Shown: positions 45,147-55,888, counted from the first letter of the stretch. The stretch: DNA of 64,000 nucleotides from Pseudomonadota bacterium (GCA_021324535.1 JAJPIU010000106.1:3961-67960); one strand, 5' to 3'. The notes: generated by a model from the sequence alone, not told the origin. Program-made: numbers and translations.

Positions 45147-46624
45147 ACTATCCGGTGAAATATCCGGCGAGAGAGGTTTGTTTGCAACAGCGTGTCAGGA
45201 TCGTAGCGCGCCTTGAGCGCATGGAAGCGCGCCAACGTCTCTGGAGCATACATCCGCTGTGCCTGTTCCGCCGTGAGCGTATCATCCTTCGCGAGATAGA
45301 TGCGTCCACCGTGATCCAGCGTGATGGCGTTGAGGTCGCGCAGGAGGGCCAGCGTTTGCGCCTCGTGCCCGCGCCGCACGGGATAGTCGAGCGCCAGTGA
45401 GTAGCCATCTACCAGGTAGTTCAGCAAAAATGCGCTCAACCGCTGCTTTTTCAGCACGGCCAGCGATGGAACAATCCCTGCCTCATGCGACCGCTCGATC
45501 AATTGACGGAAGGCGCTGGCAGCCGCCTCGCGTGGGATGAAACTCTGCTGCTGGATCAACCCTCCTGGTTTATAGGCATCGCGCCAGTTGGGGATGGCGT
45601 CGAGCGTGAAGTTTGCTGCGACGTAGGACATCAGGCGAGGATGTATGGGCGGCTGGCGCAGATCGGGCAGCCGCCGGGCGCGCAGTGAGCCGAGCGTCCA
45701 TTGCGCGCGGTTGGCCAGCGCCACGCCCCACGGCGACGCCAGCGGACGCGCCAGCCACGGTAGCCAGCTATCCGGCAGCGTCCGCGCCAGACGAAGCACG
45801 CCCAAGCTGCGATCCTGCCAGTCGGGCGAGCGCGTGCGCTCCGGTTGCGGGTCTTCGCCTGGGGCGAGATCGCGTATGGCGTTGAGCAGGCCGCGCCCAA
45901 GTGAGGCTCCACGCGCGCTGGTATCCAGCCAGGTCACGAGGTCGTCGGCCCAGGCGCTCGCCTCTTCCAGCGCAGCGATCAGCGCATCGAGCGAGCCATG
46001 CGCCGTCTGTGTGGCGACCACCAGTCCGGAGGAAACACGCCGCGCCTGCAACGTCAGCGAGGTGAAACAGCCAAACAATCCCATGCCGCCGATGGCAGCA
46101 GAAAAGAGGTCGGCGTTCTCTGTGCGCGAACAGGTCAGGCGTTCGCCGGAAGAGAGCATGATGTCGAAGCGCAGGATATGATCACCAAAGCAGCCGACGC
46201 GCCAGTTGCTCTTACCGTGCACGTTGGCCGCAGCAGCGCCGCCCACCGTGACCACGCTTGTCCCAGGGACGACTACAGGCAGCCAGCCCTGCGGCAACAG
46301 GAAGCGCCACAACTGCGAGATAGTGACACCCGGCTCGACGGTGATCGTCCCACGCTCTGCGTCCCATGCCAGGATGCGATCCATCCCCGACGTGTCAACT
46401 ACCAGCGCATCCGCATTGATCGCCGCGTCGCCATAGCTATTGCCACCGCCGCGCAGCCCAACGCTGATCCCTGCCTCCCACGCTGCCTGGAAGGCTATCA
46501 CAATATCAGCCTCATTCAGTGGCCGCGCAACCAGGCAACGCGCCTGATCGCGCAATCCCCAGCCGGAGAGCGTTGCAGGTTGTGCGCCTGGAATGGTGGG
46601 GATGCTGGTGGATGGTAAACCCAT
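45143..46624 (-). CDS. FAD-binding (PCMH/FAD_binding_4) oxidoreductase, DprE1/ALO-like
   Basis: Start re-set to MGLPSTS (AAGGAG lies 7 nt upstream; the track ORF adds 90 codons). Motifs: GLRGGGNSYGDAAIN...VTVEPGVTISQL...VPGTSVVTVGGAAAANVHGKS. Confidence 0.8.
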   Translation of the reverse strand: MGLPSTSIPTIPGAQPATLSGWGLRDQARCLVARPLNEADIVIAFQAAWEAGISVGLRGGGNSYGDAAINADALVVDTSGMDRILAWDAERGTITVEPGVTISQLWRFLLPQGWLPVVVPGTSVVTVGGAAAANVHGKSNWRVGCFGDHILRFDIMLSSGERLTCSRTENADLFSAAIGGMGLFGCFTSLTLQARRVSSGLVVATQTAHGSLDALIAALEEASAWADDLVTWLDTSARGASLGRGLLNAIRDLAPGEDPQPERTRSPDWQDRSLGVLRLARTLPDSWLPWLARPLASPWGVALANRAQWTLGSLRARRLPDLRQPPIHPRLMSYVAANFTLDAIPNWRDAYKPGGLIQQQSFIPREAAASAFRQLIERSHEAGIVPSLAVLKKQRLSAFLLNYLVDGYSLALDYPVRRGHEAQTLALLRDLNAITLDHGGRIYLAKDDTLTAEQAQRMYAPETLARFHALKARYDPDTLLQTNLSRRIFHRIV

Positions 46625-46930
46625 GCCCCTTGCTCCTTGGTATACCCGCTCCTGACGAAACTCGCTGCCATCCCTGGCGGCGCTATTCCTCCGAGTGTGA
46701 ATCTGGCCGCAAGGGAGCGCCTGCTCATAGCGCCACGCGCCGCCCAGGAGCGCGGCGCTACGCAGAGACGCGGAGCCGAGCTTACAACACTCTAGGCCAC
46801 GCAGGTGGCCTTCGTGGCTGAAAGCCCCTAGGCATGCGTTGACGCGCCCGCCCCCTGCGCATTCGCAAATCCGCTTGCCCCACCAAAGCGTCACCCCTCT
46901 CCCATCAGGGGAGGAGGCCGGGGGTGGCGG

Positions 46931-47923
46931 CTACCCTGGCCAGCGCAACTGGGGCAGCACCGAGCGGCTGTATGCCTCGATGAACTCCTGCTGGTTGCGT
47001 CCAACGTTATGCACATAGACCTCGCCGAAGCCAAGATCAATGAAATGCTGGATGTGCGCTGCGTGCTCATCCAGATCGGGCGACATGAAGACACGCCCCT
47101 CATAGTGTTCCGGGCGCACCAGCTTTGCCATTGCCTCGAAGTCTTCAGGGTTGCGAATGTCGGCCTTGGGGAAGTTCATCCCGCCGTTGGGCCACTCGCG
47201 CACGGCCTGCTCCACGGCCGCCTCGTGGCTCTCCGCCCAAGAGACGTGCAGTTGCATGATGCGCGGCATCGTGGCAGGGTCTTTGCCCGCCTCGCGCGCG
47301 CCCTTCTCGAAGCGCGCCATCAGGTTCTTGATCTTTTCATCTGCGGCGCCCACCGTAATGATGCCGTCGGCGATGCGCCCGGTGCGCTCGCTCATCACAG
47401 GCCCTGACGTAGCGATATAGATCGGCGGCGGCGTCGGCGGTAGGGTATAGAGCCGGGCGTTTTCCAGCGTGACATGCTGGCCGTGAAACTTGGTCGCTTT
47501 GCCGGTGAGGAGTTTGCGGATCACCTCAACCGATTCGGCAAGCAGATCGAGCCGCGTGGGCGCCTCAGGCCAGTATTTGCCGACGATATGCTCGTTCAGC
47601 GCCTCGCCCGCGCCAATCCCCAACCAGAAGCGGCCCGGAAACATTGCGGCGAGGGTGGCCGACGCCTGCGCCAGAATGGCAGGATGGTAGCGATACCCAG
47701 GCGCGGTGACGCCCGGCCCGAAGCGCACGCGGCTGGTGGAAGCGCCGAGCGCGCCCATCCATGCCCAGGCAAACCCCGCCTGCCCCTGTGAGGGCGTCCA
47801 CGGGTGAAAGTGATCAGAGGCCATCACGGCTCCAAATCCTGCGTCTTCGGCCTGACGCGACCACTTCAGCAAGTCCGTCGGATGGAACTGCTCAAACATC
47901 GCCGCGTATCCCAGCGTTCCCAT
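46931..47923 (-). CDS. F420-dependent LLM-class oxidoreductase (G6PD-family type)
   Basis: 330 aa. GYAAMFEQFHPTDLL...ASDHFHPW...GPGVTAPGYRYHPAILAQASATLAAMFPGRFWLGIGAGEALNEH. Confidence 0.8.
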   Translation of the reverse strand: MGTLGYAAMFEQFHPTDLLKWSRQAEDAGFGAVMASDHFHPWTPSQGQAGFAWAWMGALGASTSRVRFGPGVTAPGYRYHPAILAQASATLAAMFPGRFWLGIGAGEALNEHIVGKYWPEAPTRLDLLAESVEVIRKLLTGKATKFHGQHVTLENARLYTLPPTPPPIYIATSGPVMSERTGRIADGIITVGAADEKIKNLMARFEKGAREAGKDPATMPRIMQLHVSWAESHEAAVEQAVREWPNGGMNFPKADIRNPEDFEAMAKLVRPEHYEGRVFMSPDLDEHAAHIQHFIDLGFGEVYVHNVGRNQQEFIEAYSRSVLPQLRWPG

Positions 47924-47985
47924 TGTCTTGCTCCTTTGCTCTACGTATTTCCCCCTCCTCCTCAGGGGAGGGGCAAGAGTGGGGG

Positions 47986-50775
47986 TTATTTTTTCTTCTT
48001 CTGCTGCGCCAGCGCAGCGCGTAGCTCGGCCACCTGAGGCAAGCCGGGCTGCATGCGGTCAATCTCGTCGAGCTGCCGCGACGCCTCTTGTGTGCGACCC
48101 AGATTGGCATAGCACGCGGCCAGGTTCAGGCGATAGGGGATGGCGCTGGACTGCAACTGCACGGCTTTTTCGAGCAGCGGCGCCGCCTCTTGTGGCTTGC
48201 CGCGCGAAAGATAGAGCGATCCCAGCATATAGTGCGCTGCGTCGTCGGCAGGATCGCGCCGTATCGCCTCCTCGTAGGAGATGATCGCGTCGTCGTACTG
48301 ATCGAGCGCCTGGTAGATCGCGCCCATGCGGGTGAACAACCGGGGGATGTTCTTGTCTATCTTCGAGGCGTCGCGCAGGGCATTGAGAGCCTGACGCGCC
48401 ACATCTTTGCGCTCGTCATCGGAGAGCGGGAGGGCCTCATCGAGGTTTTCGCTGCCCGCGCGACCCATCAGCGCCTCCGCTAGGTCAATATAGAGGGTAG
48501 CGTTGTTGGGATCAACCGCGATAGCCTCGCGCAGCCGTGTTTCGGCCTGGCTGAAGTGACCCTGATGCGAGAGCAGTTCGGCCAGCCCTTGCAGGTGTTG
48601 CGCGGTGGGATCGTCGGTGGCTACCTGTGTCATGGTGGCGATGGCACGATTCAGCCAGGCGTTGTGCGCTTCCGGCTGCCCTTGCTGTGAGTATTGCTCA
48701 GCGGTCAGATATTGCTCGATGCCCAGTTCGAAGCGTGTCTGCGCGTCGTCTGCGAAGCGCCCCTGCATGCGTTCGAGCAAGGCCGCCGCGCGCTCGTGGG
48801 AGTTGAGCGTACGCGCATCCTGCACGGCGGCTTTGTAGGCAGCCTCGTCCAGCGGCAGCCGGGCGATTAGCGCGTCTTCGTAGTGCAGGGCGGTGGTGAG
48901 CGCGCCCGTCACGTTGCGCACTGCCTCCACCATCGTGCGGTTGTTCGCCGGGTTGGCCTCTGGCGTGGCGCTCGCCAGCTTTTCAGCCGTCTCGCGCGCC
49001 TCGGTGATGCGCTTTTGTAGCTCCTCCACCGTCAAGCCCTGACTGGCAGCTCCCTCGTCGCGCTGGCTGACGATTAGCCAATCGGCGGTGGCGCGGTCGC
49101 GCTGCATTGTGTAGGCCGTCCAGTACCAGTGGCGGCTCGTCTCCTTGCTGATCAGCGTGCCCATTGGCAGTTCATCGAGCTGGCCGCCGATGGGCGAGTC
49201 GTTGACGATCAGTGACCAGAACGCCTCCATCTCTTTGCGTCCGCTCAGATTGGGGCCTCCTGCCGCAGTGGGTGTCCAGAGGGCGCTGGCGCGGCGCTCC
49301 TGCTCACGAATCAGTGTGAGGCGCAGCGAGGCGGGTTTGGCTTCGTCGGCCCACTGGCGGCGCACGGCGATATAGTCCGCGCGCGTTTCTTTGCGGCGCA
49401 TGGGATTATCGGCGGCGAGCAGGTCATACGCCAACCCATAGTCACCGAAGCTCCATGCGCCAAGCCAGTTGGCAAGCATCTCGTCGGCCTCCAGGTTCGG
49501 CGTGACAAAGATACGATCTCCTTCTCGCTGAAGGCGTTCCCGTTCGTCAGCGATGGCGGCGCGTCGCTCGTCGTCGGCTGGCTCTTCCAGCAGGCGCGCC
49601 TCGAAGAGCGAGCGGCGACGGGTGAACTCCACGGCAGGCTCGGTCTTGCGCCAGGCGTTCACATCCAGCGCATCGAGGATGAAGCGACGCGCCTGCGCCC
49701 AATTCACCTTGACCGGCGCGATCTTGTCTTCCGTGCGCATCTTTTCGACCACATCGCGCTGGAAGGCTCCCGTCGTCATGGCCCGTGTGATCACGCAGCT
49801 TTGCACTCCGTTTTGCCAGAAGTCGAGATCGAGGATGTAGCCACGCACCAGGTCGGGATCGGCTCCCTCCTGCCAGGCCATCGCCAGCGAGAGGCCGCCG
49901 CTTTCGCGTGTGCGGCTGGCATAGGCTTCGATCAACCGATGCTGGCGAGCGTCGCGTGCGAAGATGATCTCCGGCCCAGCATCGTCGGCAATGTCCTCCT
50001 GAAGCATCTCATCATCTAGCCCGCCGTCCTCGTCAGCCTCATCATCCACGTCGTGGTCATGATCCTCATCCTCATCCTCATTCTCCTCGCCGTCATGCTC
50101 GTGGTCATGTGTGTGAGCATAGCCGTGGGGATGAATGTGGATTGTGCGTGCGCCGCTGGCGACCGAGGGCGTGCCCGCCAGACTAACGGTTTGTGGCGCG
50201 GGCAGAGGGATGGTCAGTTGCGGTTTGGCGCCCGTCGAACGCAGACGATTCATTGAGCGCCGGGCTTCACGGCCCACCGCATGGCGTTGATCGAGTGAGC
50301 CAACCGCCTGAGCGATTTCTATGGCGTCGGGTGCGACAGGGCCACGCGCCTCGCCTAGCCGCGCGGCGAAGACCTGGGCGACCGCCTCCTCAGCCGCCGT
50401 CACGCCTGCCAATTGGGCGACGATCTCTTCGCGTGGTTTGCCCACCATCCCACGCAGATTCGCTGCAAGCGTGGGAATCTGCGCCAGCAGCGCCTTGACG
50501 GCCTCGGTCTGCGCCTCGTTGAGGGTAGGGAGCGCGGCGCGGTCGCGCTGGCTGGCCTTTGCCCCTTTGGCGCGCTGTTGGCTGGCCCGCGCGCTCATGC
50601 CCTTGCTATTGTGTTCACGCTTTGCCTCGCGTTGCTCGGTTTTCTTATCACGCTTGCCTGTATCGCCCTGCGCCGCGCCCTGCCCTAGTTGCTGTTGCTG
50701 GCGTGCGCCGCGCGCCGTGGTTTGCTGTGCTGGATGTTGTGAGCCAGGGCCGTTGCTCCGGTCTCCCCGCGCCAT
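47986..50775 (-). CDS. TPR-repeat protein with a basic N-terminus and a His/Asp/Glu-rich tract
   Basis: Start re-set to MARGDRS (AAGGAG lies 6 nt upstream). It has C-terminal TPR units (YIDLAEALMGRAG..., YQALDQYDDAIISYEEAIRRDP..., YMLGSLYLSRGKPQEA..., LNLAACYANLGRTQEA). It ends in KKKK. Confidence 0.7.
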   Translation of the reverse strand: MARGDRSNGPGSQHPAQQTTARGARQQQQLGQGAAQGDTGKRDKKTEQREAKREHNSKGMSARASQQRAKGAKASQRDRAALPTLNEAQTEAVKALLAQIPTLAANLRGMVGKPREEIVAQLAGVTAAEEAVAQVFAARLGEARGPVAPDAIEIAQAVGSLDQRHAVGREARRSMNRLRSTGAKPQLTIPLPAPQTVSLAGTPSVASGARTIHIHPHGYAHTHDHEHDGEENEDEDEDHDHDVDDEADEDGGLDDEMLQEDIADDAGPEIIFARDARQHRLIEAYASRTRESGGLSLAMAWQEGADPDLVRGYILDLDFWQNGVQSCVITRAMTTGAFQRDVVEKMRTEDKIAPVKVNWAQARRFILDALDVNAWRKTEPAVEFTRRRSLFEARLLEEPADDERRAAIADERERLQREGDRIFVTPNLEADEMLANWLGAWSFGDYGLAYDLLAADNPMRRKETRADYIAVRRQWADEAKPASLRLTLIREQERRASALWTPTAAGGPNLSGRKEMEAFWSLIVNDSPIGGQLDELPMGTLISKETSRHWYWTAYTMQRDRATADWLIVSQRDEGAASQGLTVEELQKRITEARETAEKLASATPEANPANNRTMVEAVRNVTGALTTALHYEDALIARLPLDEAAYKAAVQDARTLNSHERAAALLERMQGRFADDAQTRFELGIEQYLTAEQYSQQGQPEAHNAWLNRAIATMTQVATDDPTAQHLQGLAELLSHQGHFSQAETRLREAIAVDPNNATLYIDLAEALMGRAGSENLDEALPLSDDERKDVARQALNALRDASKIDKNIPRLFTRMGAIYQALDQYDDAIISYEEAIRRDPADDAAHYMLGSLYLSRGKPQEAAPLLEKAVQLQSSAIPYRLNLAACYANLGRTQEASRQLDEIDRMQPGLPQVAELRAALAQQKKKK

Positions 50776-50907
50776 TGGTTTGCTCCTTCTCATGGCGTAT
50801 CATGCTTGCCTGCCTGGCCGCCGAAGACGCCCTGGCGTTCTCGGTTGTTTGGGAAGGGATGACGCGCCATCGCACAATATCTCATGCTACATTGTAGCAC
50901 GCCTGTG

Positions 50908-50916
50908 TGGTATAAT
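50908..50916 (+). promoter_or_regulatory. Extended -10 promoter TGGTATAAT
   Basis: A consensus TATAAT with an upstream TG. It is preceded by the palindrome GCTACATTGTAGC (50885-50897), and lies upstream of the small ORF and prfA. Confidence 0.4.
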
Positions 50917-50985
50917 GAGGGAGAGCGTTTTAGCGATACGCGCCTCTTTTGGGCAAGAACGACACGACGAAAGATACCGCTATCT

Positions 50986-51162
50986 ATGGATAAGAATAGA
51001 CGCATCCGGCTGAGCACGATGGAGATCGTGTTGCTTGTTGTGCTGGCCGCCTCACTGGCGCTGGGGCTGCTGCAAGCCTACCAGCAGTCCCGGCTCGACG
51101 ACGCTCGCGAACGCTTGTTGCGCGCGGCTGACCAGACGGATAATATAACCGGCGAACAGTAG
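50986..51162 (+). CDS. Hypothetical 58-aa single-TM protein
   Basis: MDKNRRIRLSTMEIVLLVVLAASLALGLLQAY... It is short and unsupported by homology. Confidence 0.3.
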   Translation: MDKNRRIRLSTMEIVLLVVLAASLALGLLQAYQQSRLDDARERLLRAADQTDNITGEQ

Positions 51163-51329
51163 CTACCCTGCGATCAGCGCCCCATTCTCACACAACGATG
51201 CCCGGCGATGAGATATACTTTGCCGCCCGGCGGGTGATGGATGGGGCGTCAGTATGCCTTGCTGAGGGGAAGACACCAGATATAGCGGCGCTTCCCGAAT
51301 GTTTGAGATCGCAGAGGAGACTGATTATC

Positions 51330-52424
51330 ATGCCGACGATGAATACAACCGACTTGAACCGCAAGCTGGCCACATTAGAAGACCGCTTCAACGAGTTGCA
51401 GACCTTGATGGCGCAGCCCGAGACAGCAACCGATCCCGAATTGTTGCAACGCTACGGGCGCGAATATGCCAGCCTGGAAGATGTCGTGTTGGCGTATCAG
51501 CAATTGCGCGAAACGCAGCGCCAACTCGCCGAGGCGCAGGCGATGCTCGACGACGGTGACGCCGAACTCCAGGCGATGGCGCGCGACGAGATCGAGAGTT
51601 TGTGTGTGCGCGAAGAGGAGTTGCTTGGCAAGGTGCAGGTGGCGCTCCTGCCAAAGGATATTATGGATGACCGCGATGCGATTGTGACGATCCAGGCAGG
51701 CGCGGGCGGCGACGAGGCGGGCCTGTTCGCCGCAGACCTCTACCGAATGTATCTGCGCTACGCCGACGCGCATCGCTGGTCGGTGGAGCTATTGGATGAA
51801 AACGAGAGCGGCATCGGCGGCTACCGTGAAGTCGTCTTTCAAGTACACGGGCGGGGCGCCTACGCGCGGATGAAATACGAGGGGGGTACCCATCGTGTAC
51901 AGCGTGTGCCCGCCACGGAGTCGCAGGGACGCATCCACACCTCCACGGCAAAGGTAATCGTCTTGCCGGAGGCCGAAGAGGTGGAGATCGAGATTCGCCC
52001 CGAGGACATTCGCGTGGATGTCTATCGTTCGACGGGCCACGGCGGCCAGAGCGTGAACACGACGGACTCCGCCGTGCGTATTACGCATTTGCCAACCGGG
52101 CTAGTGGTGACGTGCCAGGACGAAAAGTCACAGATCAAGAACAAGGCAAAGGCGCTTGGAGTCTTGCGTTCGCGCCTGTGGGACTTGGAGCAGCAGAAGC
52201 GCGCGGCGGAGCTTGGCGCGGCGCGGCGTTCGCAGGTGCAGATGGGCGACCGCAGCGAGAAGATTCGCACGTATAACTTCCCACAGGATCGCGTGACCGA
52301 CCACCGCATCAATATGACGCTCCACAACCTGCCGCGTGTGCTGGATGGCGACCTCGATCCGCTGATTGACGCGCTGATCACCTCCGACCAGGCTGAGAAG
52401 CTGGCCGCCTCGATGGAGGCATGA
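51330..52424 (+). CDS. prfA: Peptide chain release factor 1
   Basis: Start re-set (AGAGGAG lies upstream). RVQRVPATESQGRIHTS carries the RF1 PxT tripeptide (PAT), and STGHGGQSVNTTDSAVRITHLPTG carries the GGQ motif. Confidence 0.92.
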   Translation: MPTMNTTDLNRKLATLEDRFNELQTLMAQPETATDPELLQRYGREYASLEDVVLAYQQLRETQRQLAEAQAMLDDGDAELQAMARDEIESLCVREEELLGKVQVALLPKDIMDDRDAIVTIQAGAGGDEAGLFAADLYRMYLRYADAHRWSVELLDENESGIGGYREVVFQVHGRGAYARMKYEGGTHRVQRVPATESQGRIHTSTAKVIVLPEAEEVEIEIRPEDIRVDVYRSTGHGGQSVNTTDSAVRITHLPTGLVVTCQDEKSQIKNKAKALGVLRSRLWDLEQQKRAAELGAARRSQVQMGDRSEKIRTYNFPQDRVTDHRINMTLHNLPRVLDGDLDPLIDALITSDQAEKLAASMEA

Positions 52425-52431
52425 GGTTCGC

Positions 52432-53169
52432 ATGAAACTCGCCCAGCCGCAATCTATCCGCGCGGTCTTCTTCGATGTGGGGTTCACCCTGCTGGATATT
52501 CACCCCTCCATCCCTGAGATCGTCGCAGCCGTCGCGGCGCGCCATGAGCGGCGCATTCCCCTGGCGCGGCTCGAGGCGGCGCTTCCCGTGGCTGAAACTC
52601 ACTTCGCCGAGTTAGCGCAGGCGCGGCCCGATACCTGGAGCGACGATGCGGCGATCAACCGCTTCTGGCAGGACTACTATGCTGTGTTGCTGCGTGAAAG
52701 CCTGCCCGATGCGCCCGACGGCGAGATAGTCATGCTGGCGCGTGAGGCGCAGCTTGCCTTTGATAGCGGCGAAAGCTACGCGCTCTTCCCCGATGTCATC
52801 CCCACGCTCGACACGCTCAAAACGCATGGATTAACCCTTGGCATCGTCTCGGATTGGGGGCTGAGCCTGGGGATGATCATGCGCCACCATGACCTCACAC
52901 CCTACTTTGACTTCGCGGTGGTCTCGGCGGCGACCCGGCGCGCCAAGCCCGATCCCGCGCTCTATCAGCTTGCGCTCGAACGCGCCAACGCCATCCCAGA
53001 TTACGCAATCCACATCGGCGATTCGTATGTGCGCGATGTGCTGGGCGCGCGGGCAGCCGGGGTAACGGGCGTGCTGCTGGATCGCACACGCACGGTCACG
53101 CCCGCCCAGGTGGATTGCCTGTTGATATATGATCTGCGCGAGGTATTGACGCTGCTGGAGATTGGGTGA
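52432..53169 (+). CDS. HAD-superfamily hydrolase
   Basis: 245 aa. Motif I: VFFDVGFTLL. Motif II: GIVSDW. Motif IV: HIGDSYVRDVLGARAAG. Confidence 0.8.
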   Translation: MKLAQPQSIRAVFFDVGFTLLDIHPSIPEIVAAVAARHERRIPLARLEAALPVAETHFAELAQARPDTWSDDAAINRFWQDYYAVLLRESLPDAPDGEIVMLAREAQLAFDSGESYALFPDVIPTLDTLKTHGLTLGIVSDWGLSLGMIMRHHDLTPYFDFAVVSAATRRAKPDPALYQLALERANAIPDYAIHIGDSYVRDVLGARAAGVTGVLLDRTRTVTPAQVDCLLIYDLREVLTLLEIG

Positions 53170-53349
53170 TTGTCGGCGCACGGTATGTAGCGCGCTGGCG
53201 GGTTCGTGCGTCTAACACAACAGAACACCCCAGCCTATCTATCTTCGCTCTCTCTGCTCAGGCTTCGGAAAGAGAGATTGATCGCGCTGGCGGAGGGTTC
53301 ACCTGTCGCCGTTGTGGGGCGGCGGGTCAGGCGTGTGGAGGGAGTATTC

Positions 53350-54090
53350 GTGGCGCGTCAACCAACACTCATCGAGCGTTCTCTTGCGGAACTGATCGGT
53401 ACATTCTTACTCGTCTTCGTAGGCGGTGGGGCCGCAGCGGCAGCGGCGGTTCTCGCGGCGCACAACAAGCAGCCCATCACGCTGGCGGATGTGCTGGCGG
53501 TGGCGCTGGCGCATGGCTTGATCCTCTTTATCATTGTTGCGGCGCTGGGGCGTGTCTCAGGCGCGCATGTCAACCCCGCCGTGACGCTTGGGCTGGCGAG
53601 CGTCGGGCGTTTTCCCTGGGAGGAAGTCGCGGCGTATCTCATCGGCCAGATGGTGGGCGCGCTGCTGGGCGCTGCGGCCATCCTGATCGTGTTTGGCTCA
53701 CAGGCGGCCACCATTGGCCATCTGGGCGGCCCTGCACTGGCGCCCCATACGAACATCATACAGGGGGCGATTGCCGAGGCGCTTGGCGCTTTTGTGCTGA
53801 TGCTGGCGATCATCAGCACGGCGGCGGATAGCCGCGCGCCCGCCGGCTGGGCCGCGCTGACGATTGGCATGGCGCTGGCTGCGGTGATCATCTTCATTGG
53901 CCCGGCGACCGGCGCAACCGTCAACCCGGCCCGCGCGCTTGGCCCCGATCTGATCGCCCTCTTCTACAAGGTCAGTTTTGATGGCGTGGCGTATGTTGTC
54001 AGCTATCTGATTGGCCCCATCGTTGGCGCGGTCGCCGCGTGTTTCCTGTATCAGTACGTCTCGCGGATGCCTCGCCCCAAGGCGCGCTAG
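53350..54090 (+). CDS. MIP-family channel (aquaporin/glycerol facilitator)
   Basis: It has two NPA boxes (SGAHVNPAVTLG and TGATVNPARALGP). Start re-set to a GTG after GGAGGGA, which gives the usual short N-terminus (...SLAELIGTFLLVFVGGG). Confidence 0.88.
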   Translation: MARQPTLIERSLAELIGTFLLVFVGGGAAAAAAVLAAHNKQPITLADVLAVALAHGLILFIIVAALGRVSGAHVNPAVTLGLASVGRFPWEEVAAYLIGQMVGALLGAAAILIVFGSQAATIGHLGGPALAPHTNIIQGAIAEALGAFVLMLAIISTAADSRAPAGWAALTIGMALAAVIIFIGPATGATVNPARALGPDLIALFYKVSFDGVAYVVSYLIGPIVGAVAACFLYQYVSRMPRPKAR

Positions 54091-54159
54091 ACAAAAAACC
54101 AGATCCCTGGCCCTTCCACCTATTGTGCATCGTTGCAGAGGAGGAGGGCCAGAGTTGTT

Positions 54160-55779
54160 TTAGTACGCCTTCGCGAAGACAGCCCACGCCGCGCCCGGTC
54201 GCCCGCAGTGGACGCACGCGCCATGCTTACCCGTCGGCTGATCGAGCGGCATATTGCGGATGGTCGCCTGTGTCTCGGCTTTGATCTCCGCCTCGCAGGT
54301 CGCGTCGCCGCACCACCATGCCTCCACAAAGCCCAGCCGCGCGCGGTCAGCCATCAGCGCCTTGAACTCCTCGTAGTCGCTGGCCTGATAGGTGCGGCTC
54401 TTGAGGAACGCCAGCGCCTGCTCATAGAGCATCGTCTGGATGGATTCCAGCAACGCCTGCACGCGCGCCGTCACGCCAGCCGTAGCAATTGTCTCCTTTG
54501 CCGTGCGATCCGTGCGCGGGACGAGCGTCACCTGACCGTTGGCCGCGTCGCGCGGGCCGATCTCGATACGCACCGGCACGCCGCGTAGCTCCCAGTCGTT
54601 GAACTTGAAGCCCGGCCGCTCCTCGCGCCAGTCCGCGCGCACACGCACGCCCGCCGCCCGCAACGATTGCTCCACCTCGCTCACCAGCGCCGCAACGGCC
54701 TCGCGTTCGTCGTCTTTGCGCCAGATCGGCACGATCACCGCCTGGATCGGCGCGAGGCGCGGCGGCATCCGTAGACCCGATGCGTCGCCATGCCCCATGA
54801 TTAGCGCGCCGATCAGCCGTGTGCTGACGCCCCAACTGGTGGTCCAGGCGAGCTTGACCTGCCCATCGGCGTCCTGGAAGGAGATGTCGAAGCTGCGTGC
54901 GAAGTTCTGACCGAGGTTGTGCGAGGTGCCTGCCTGCAAGGCTTTCCCGTCGCCCATCATCGCCTCGATGCTATACGTGCGTAGCGCCCCAGCGAACTTC
55001 TCGCTCTCACTCTTGCGCCCACGGATCACCGGCAGCGCCATCTCGCGCTCCACAAAATCGGCGTAGACCTTATCGAGGATCAGCAGCGTCTCCGCTTCGG
55101 CCTCCTCCTCGTTGCGATGCACGGTATGCCCCTCCTGCCACAGAAACTCGGTGGTGCGGAGGAAGGGTCGCGTGCGTTTCTCCCAGCGCACCACGTTGGC
55201 CCACTGGTTATAGAGCAGCGGCAGATCGCGGTAGCTCTGCACCCACTGGGCGTACATATGCCCGATGATCGTCTCGGAGGTCGGGCGCACCACCAGCGGC
55301 TCCTCAAGCTCCTCGCCGCCCGCGCGTGTCACCATCGCCACCTCCGGCGCGAAGCCCTCCACATGCTCGGCCTCGCGCATCAGGAAGCTATACGGGATGA
55401 AGAGCGGAAAGTACAGGTTCTCATGCCCCGTCGCCTTGATGCGCTCGTCAATCGCACGCTGCATATGCTCCCACAGGGCGTAGCCATACGGCTTGATGAC
55501 CATACAGCCCCGCACCGGCGAGAGATCGGCCAGATCGGCCTTGTAGACGACATCGAGATACCAGCGCGAATAGTCGTCGAGGTCAGAAAGCTCCTGAACG
55601 AAGCGATTCTCCGTCTGCGCGCTTGCAGCCTGCTTCGCCTGTCCGGCGCCGTCTTGTTTCGCTTTGGATGCGCCTTTCTTCTCGGCGCTCTGTTTTGTGG
55701 CGGCGCTTGTCTCGTGCGCGGTCGCCTCGGCGTCTGCGCTGGCCCCGTCCGTCTTGCTGGCTTTTGTTTTCCCGGCCAT
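54160..55779 (-). CDS. proS: Prolyl-tRNA synthetase (archaeal/eukaryote-like class IIa type) with a Lys/Ala-rich N-terminal extension
   Basis: 539 aa. YSRWYLDVVYKADLADLSPVRGCMVIKPYGYALWE...VRPTSETIIGHMYAQWVQSYRDLPLLYNQWANVVRWE...FLWQEGHTVH...GTSHNLGQNFA. Confidence 0.92.
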   Translation of the reverse strand: MAGKTKASKTDGASADAEATAHETSAATKQSAEKKGASKAKQDGAGQAKQAASAQTENRFVQELSDLDDYSRWYLDVVYKADLADLSPVRGCMVIKPYGYALWEHMQRAIDERIKATGHENLYFPLFIPYSFLMREAEHVEGFAPEVAMVTRAGGEELEEPLVVRPTSETIIGHMYAQWVQSYRDLPLLYNQWANVVRWEKRTRPFLRTTEFLWQEGHTVHRNEEEAEAETLLILDKVYADFVEREMALPVIRGRKSESEKFAGALRTYSIEAMMGDGKALQAGTSHNLGQNFARSFDISFQDADGQVKLAWTTSWGVSTRLIGALIMGHGDASGLRMPPRLAPIQAVIVPIWRKDDEREAVAALVSEVEQSLRAAGVRVRADWREERPGFKFNDWELRGVPVRIEIGPRDAANGQVTLVPRTDRTAKETIATAGVTARVQALLESIQTMLYEQALAFLKSRTYQASDYEEFKALMADRARLGFVEAWWCGDATCEAEIKAETQATIRNMPLDQPTGKHGACVHCGRPGAAWAVFAKAY

Positions 55780-55888
55780 GCTCTGCTCGCTTTCGTTTCA
55801 CTGCGCGCTCTCCTCCACGGTGGGAGAGAAACGCTCTTTTCACATCCAACACATCCAACACATACAAATGACCCAACACATGCCCAAC

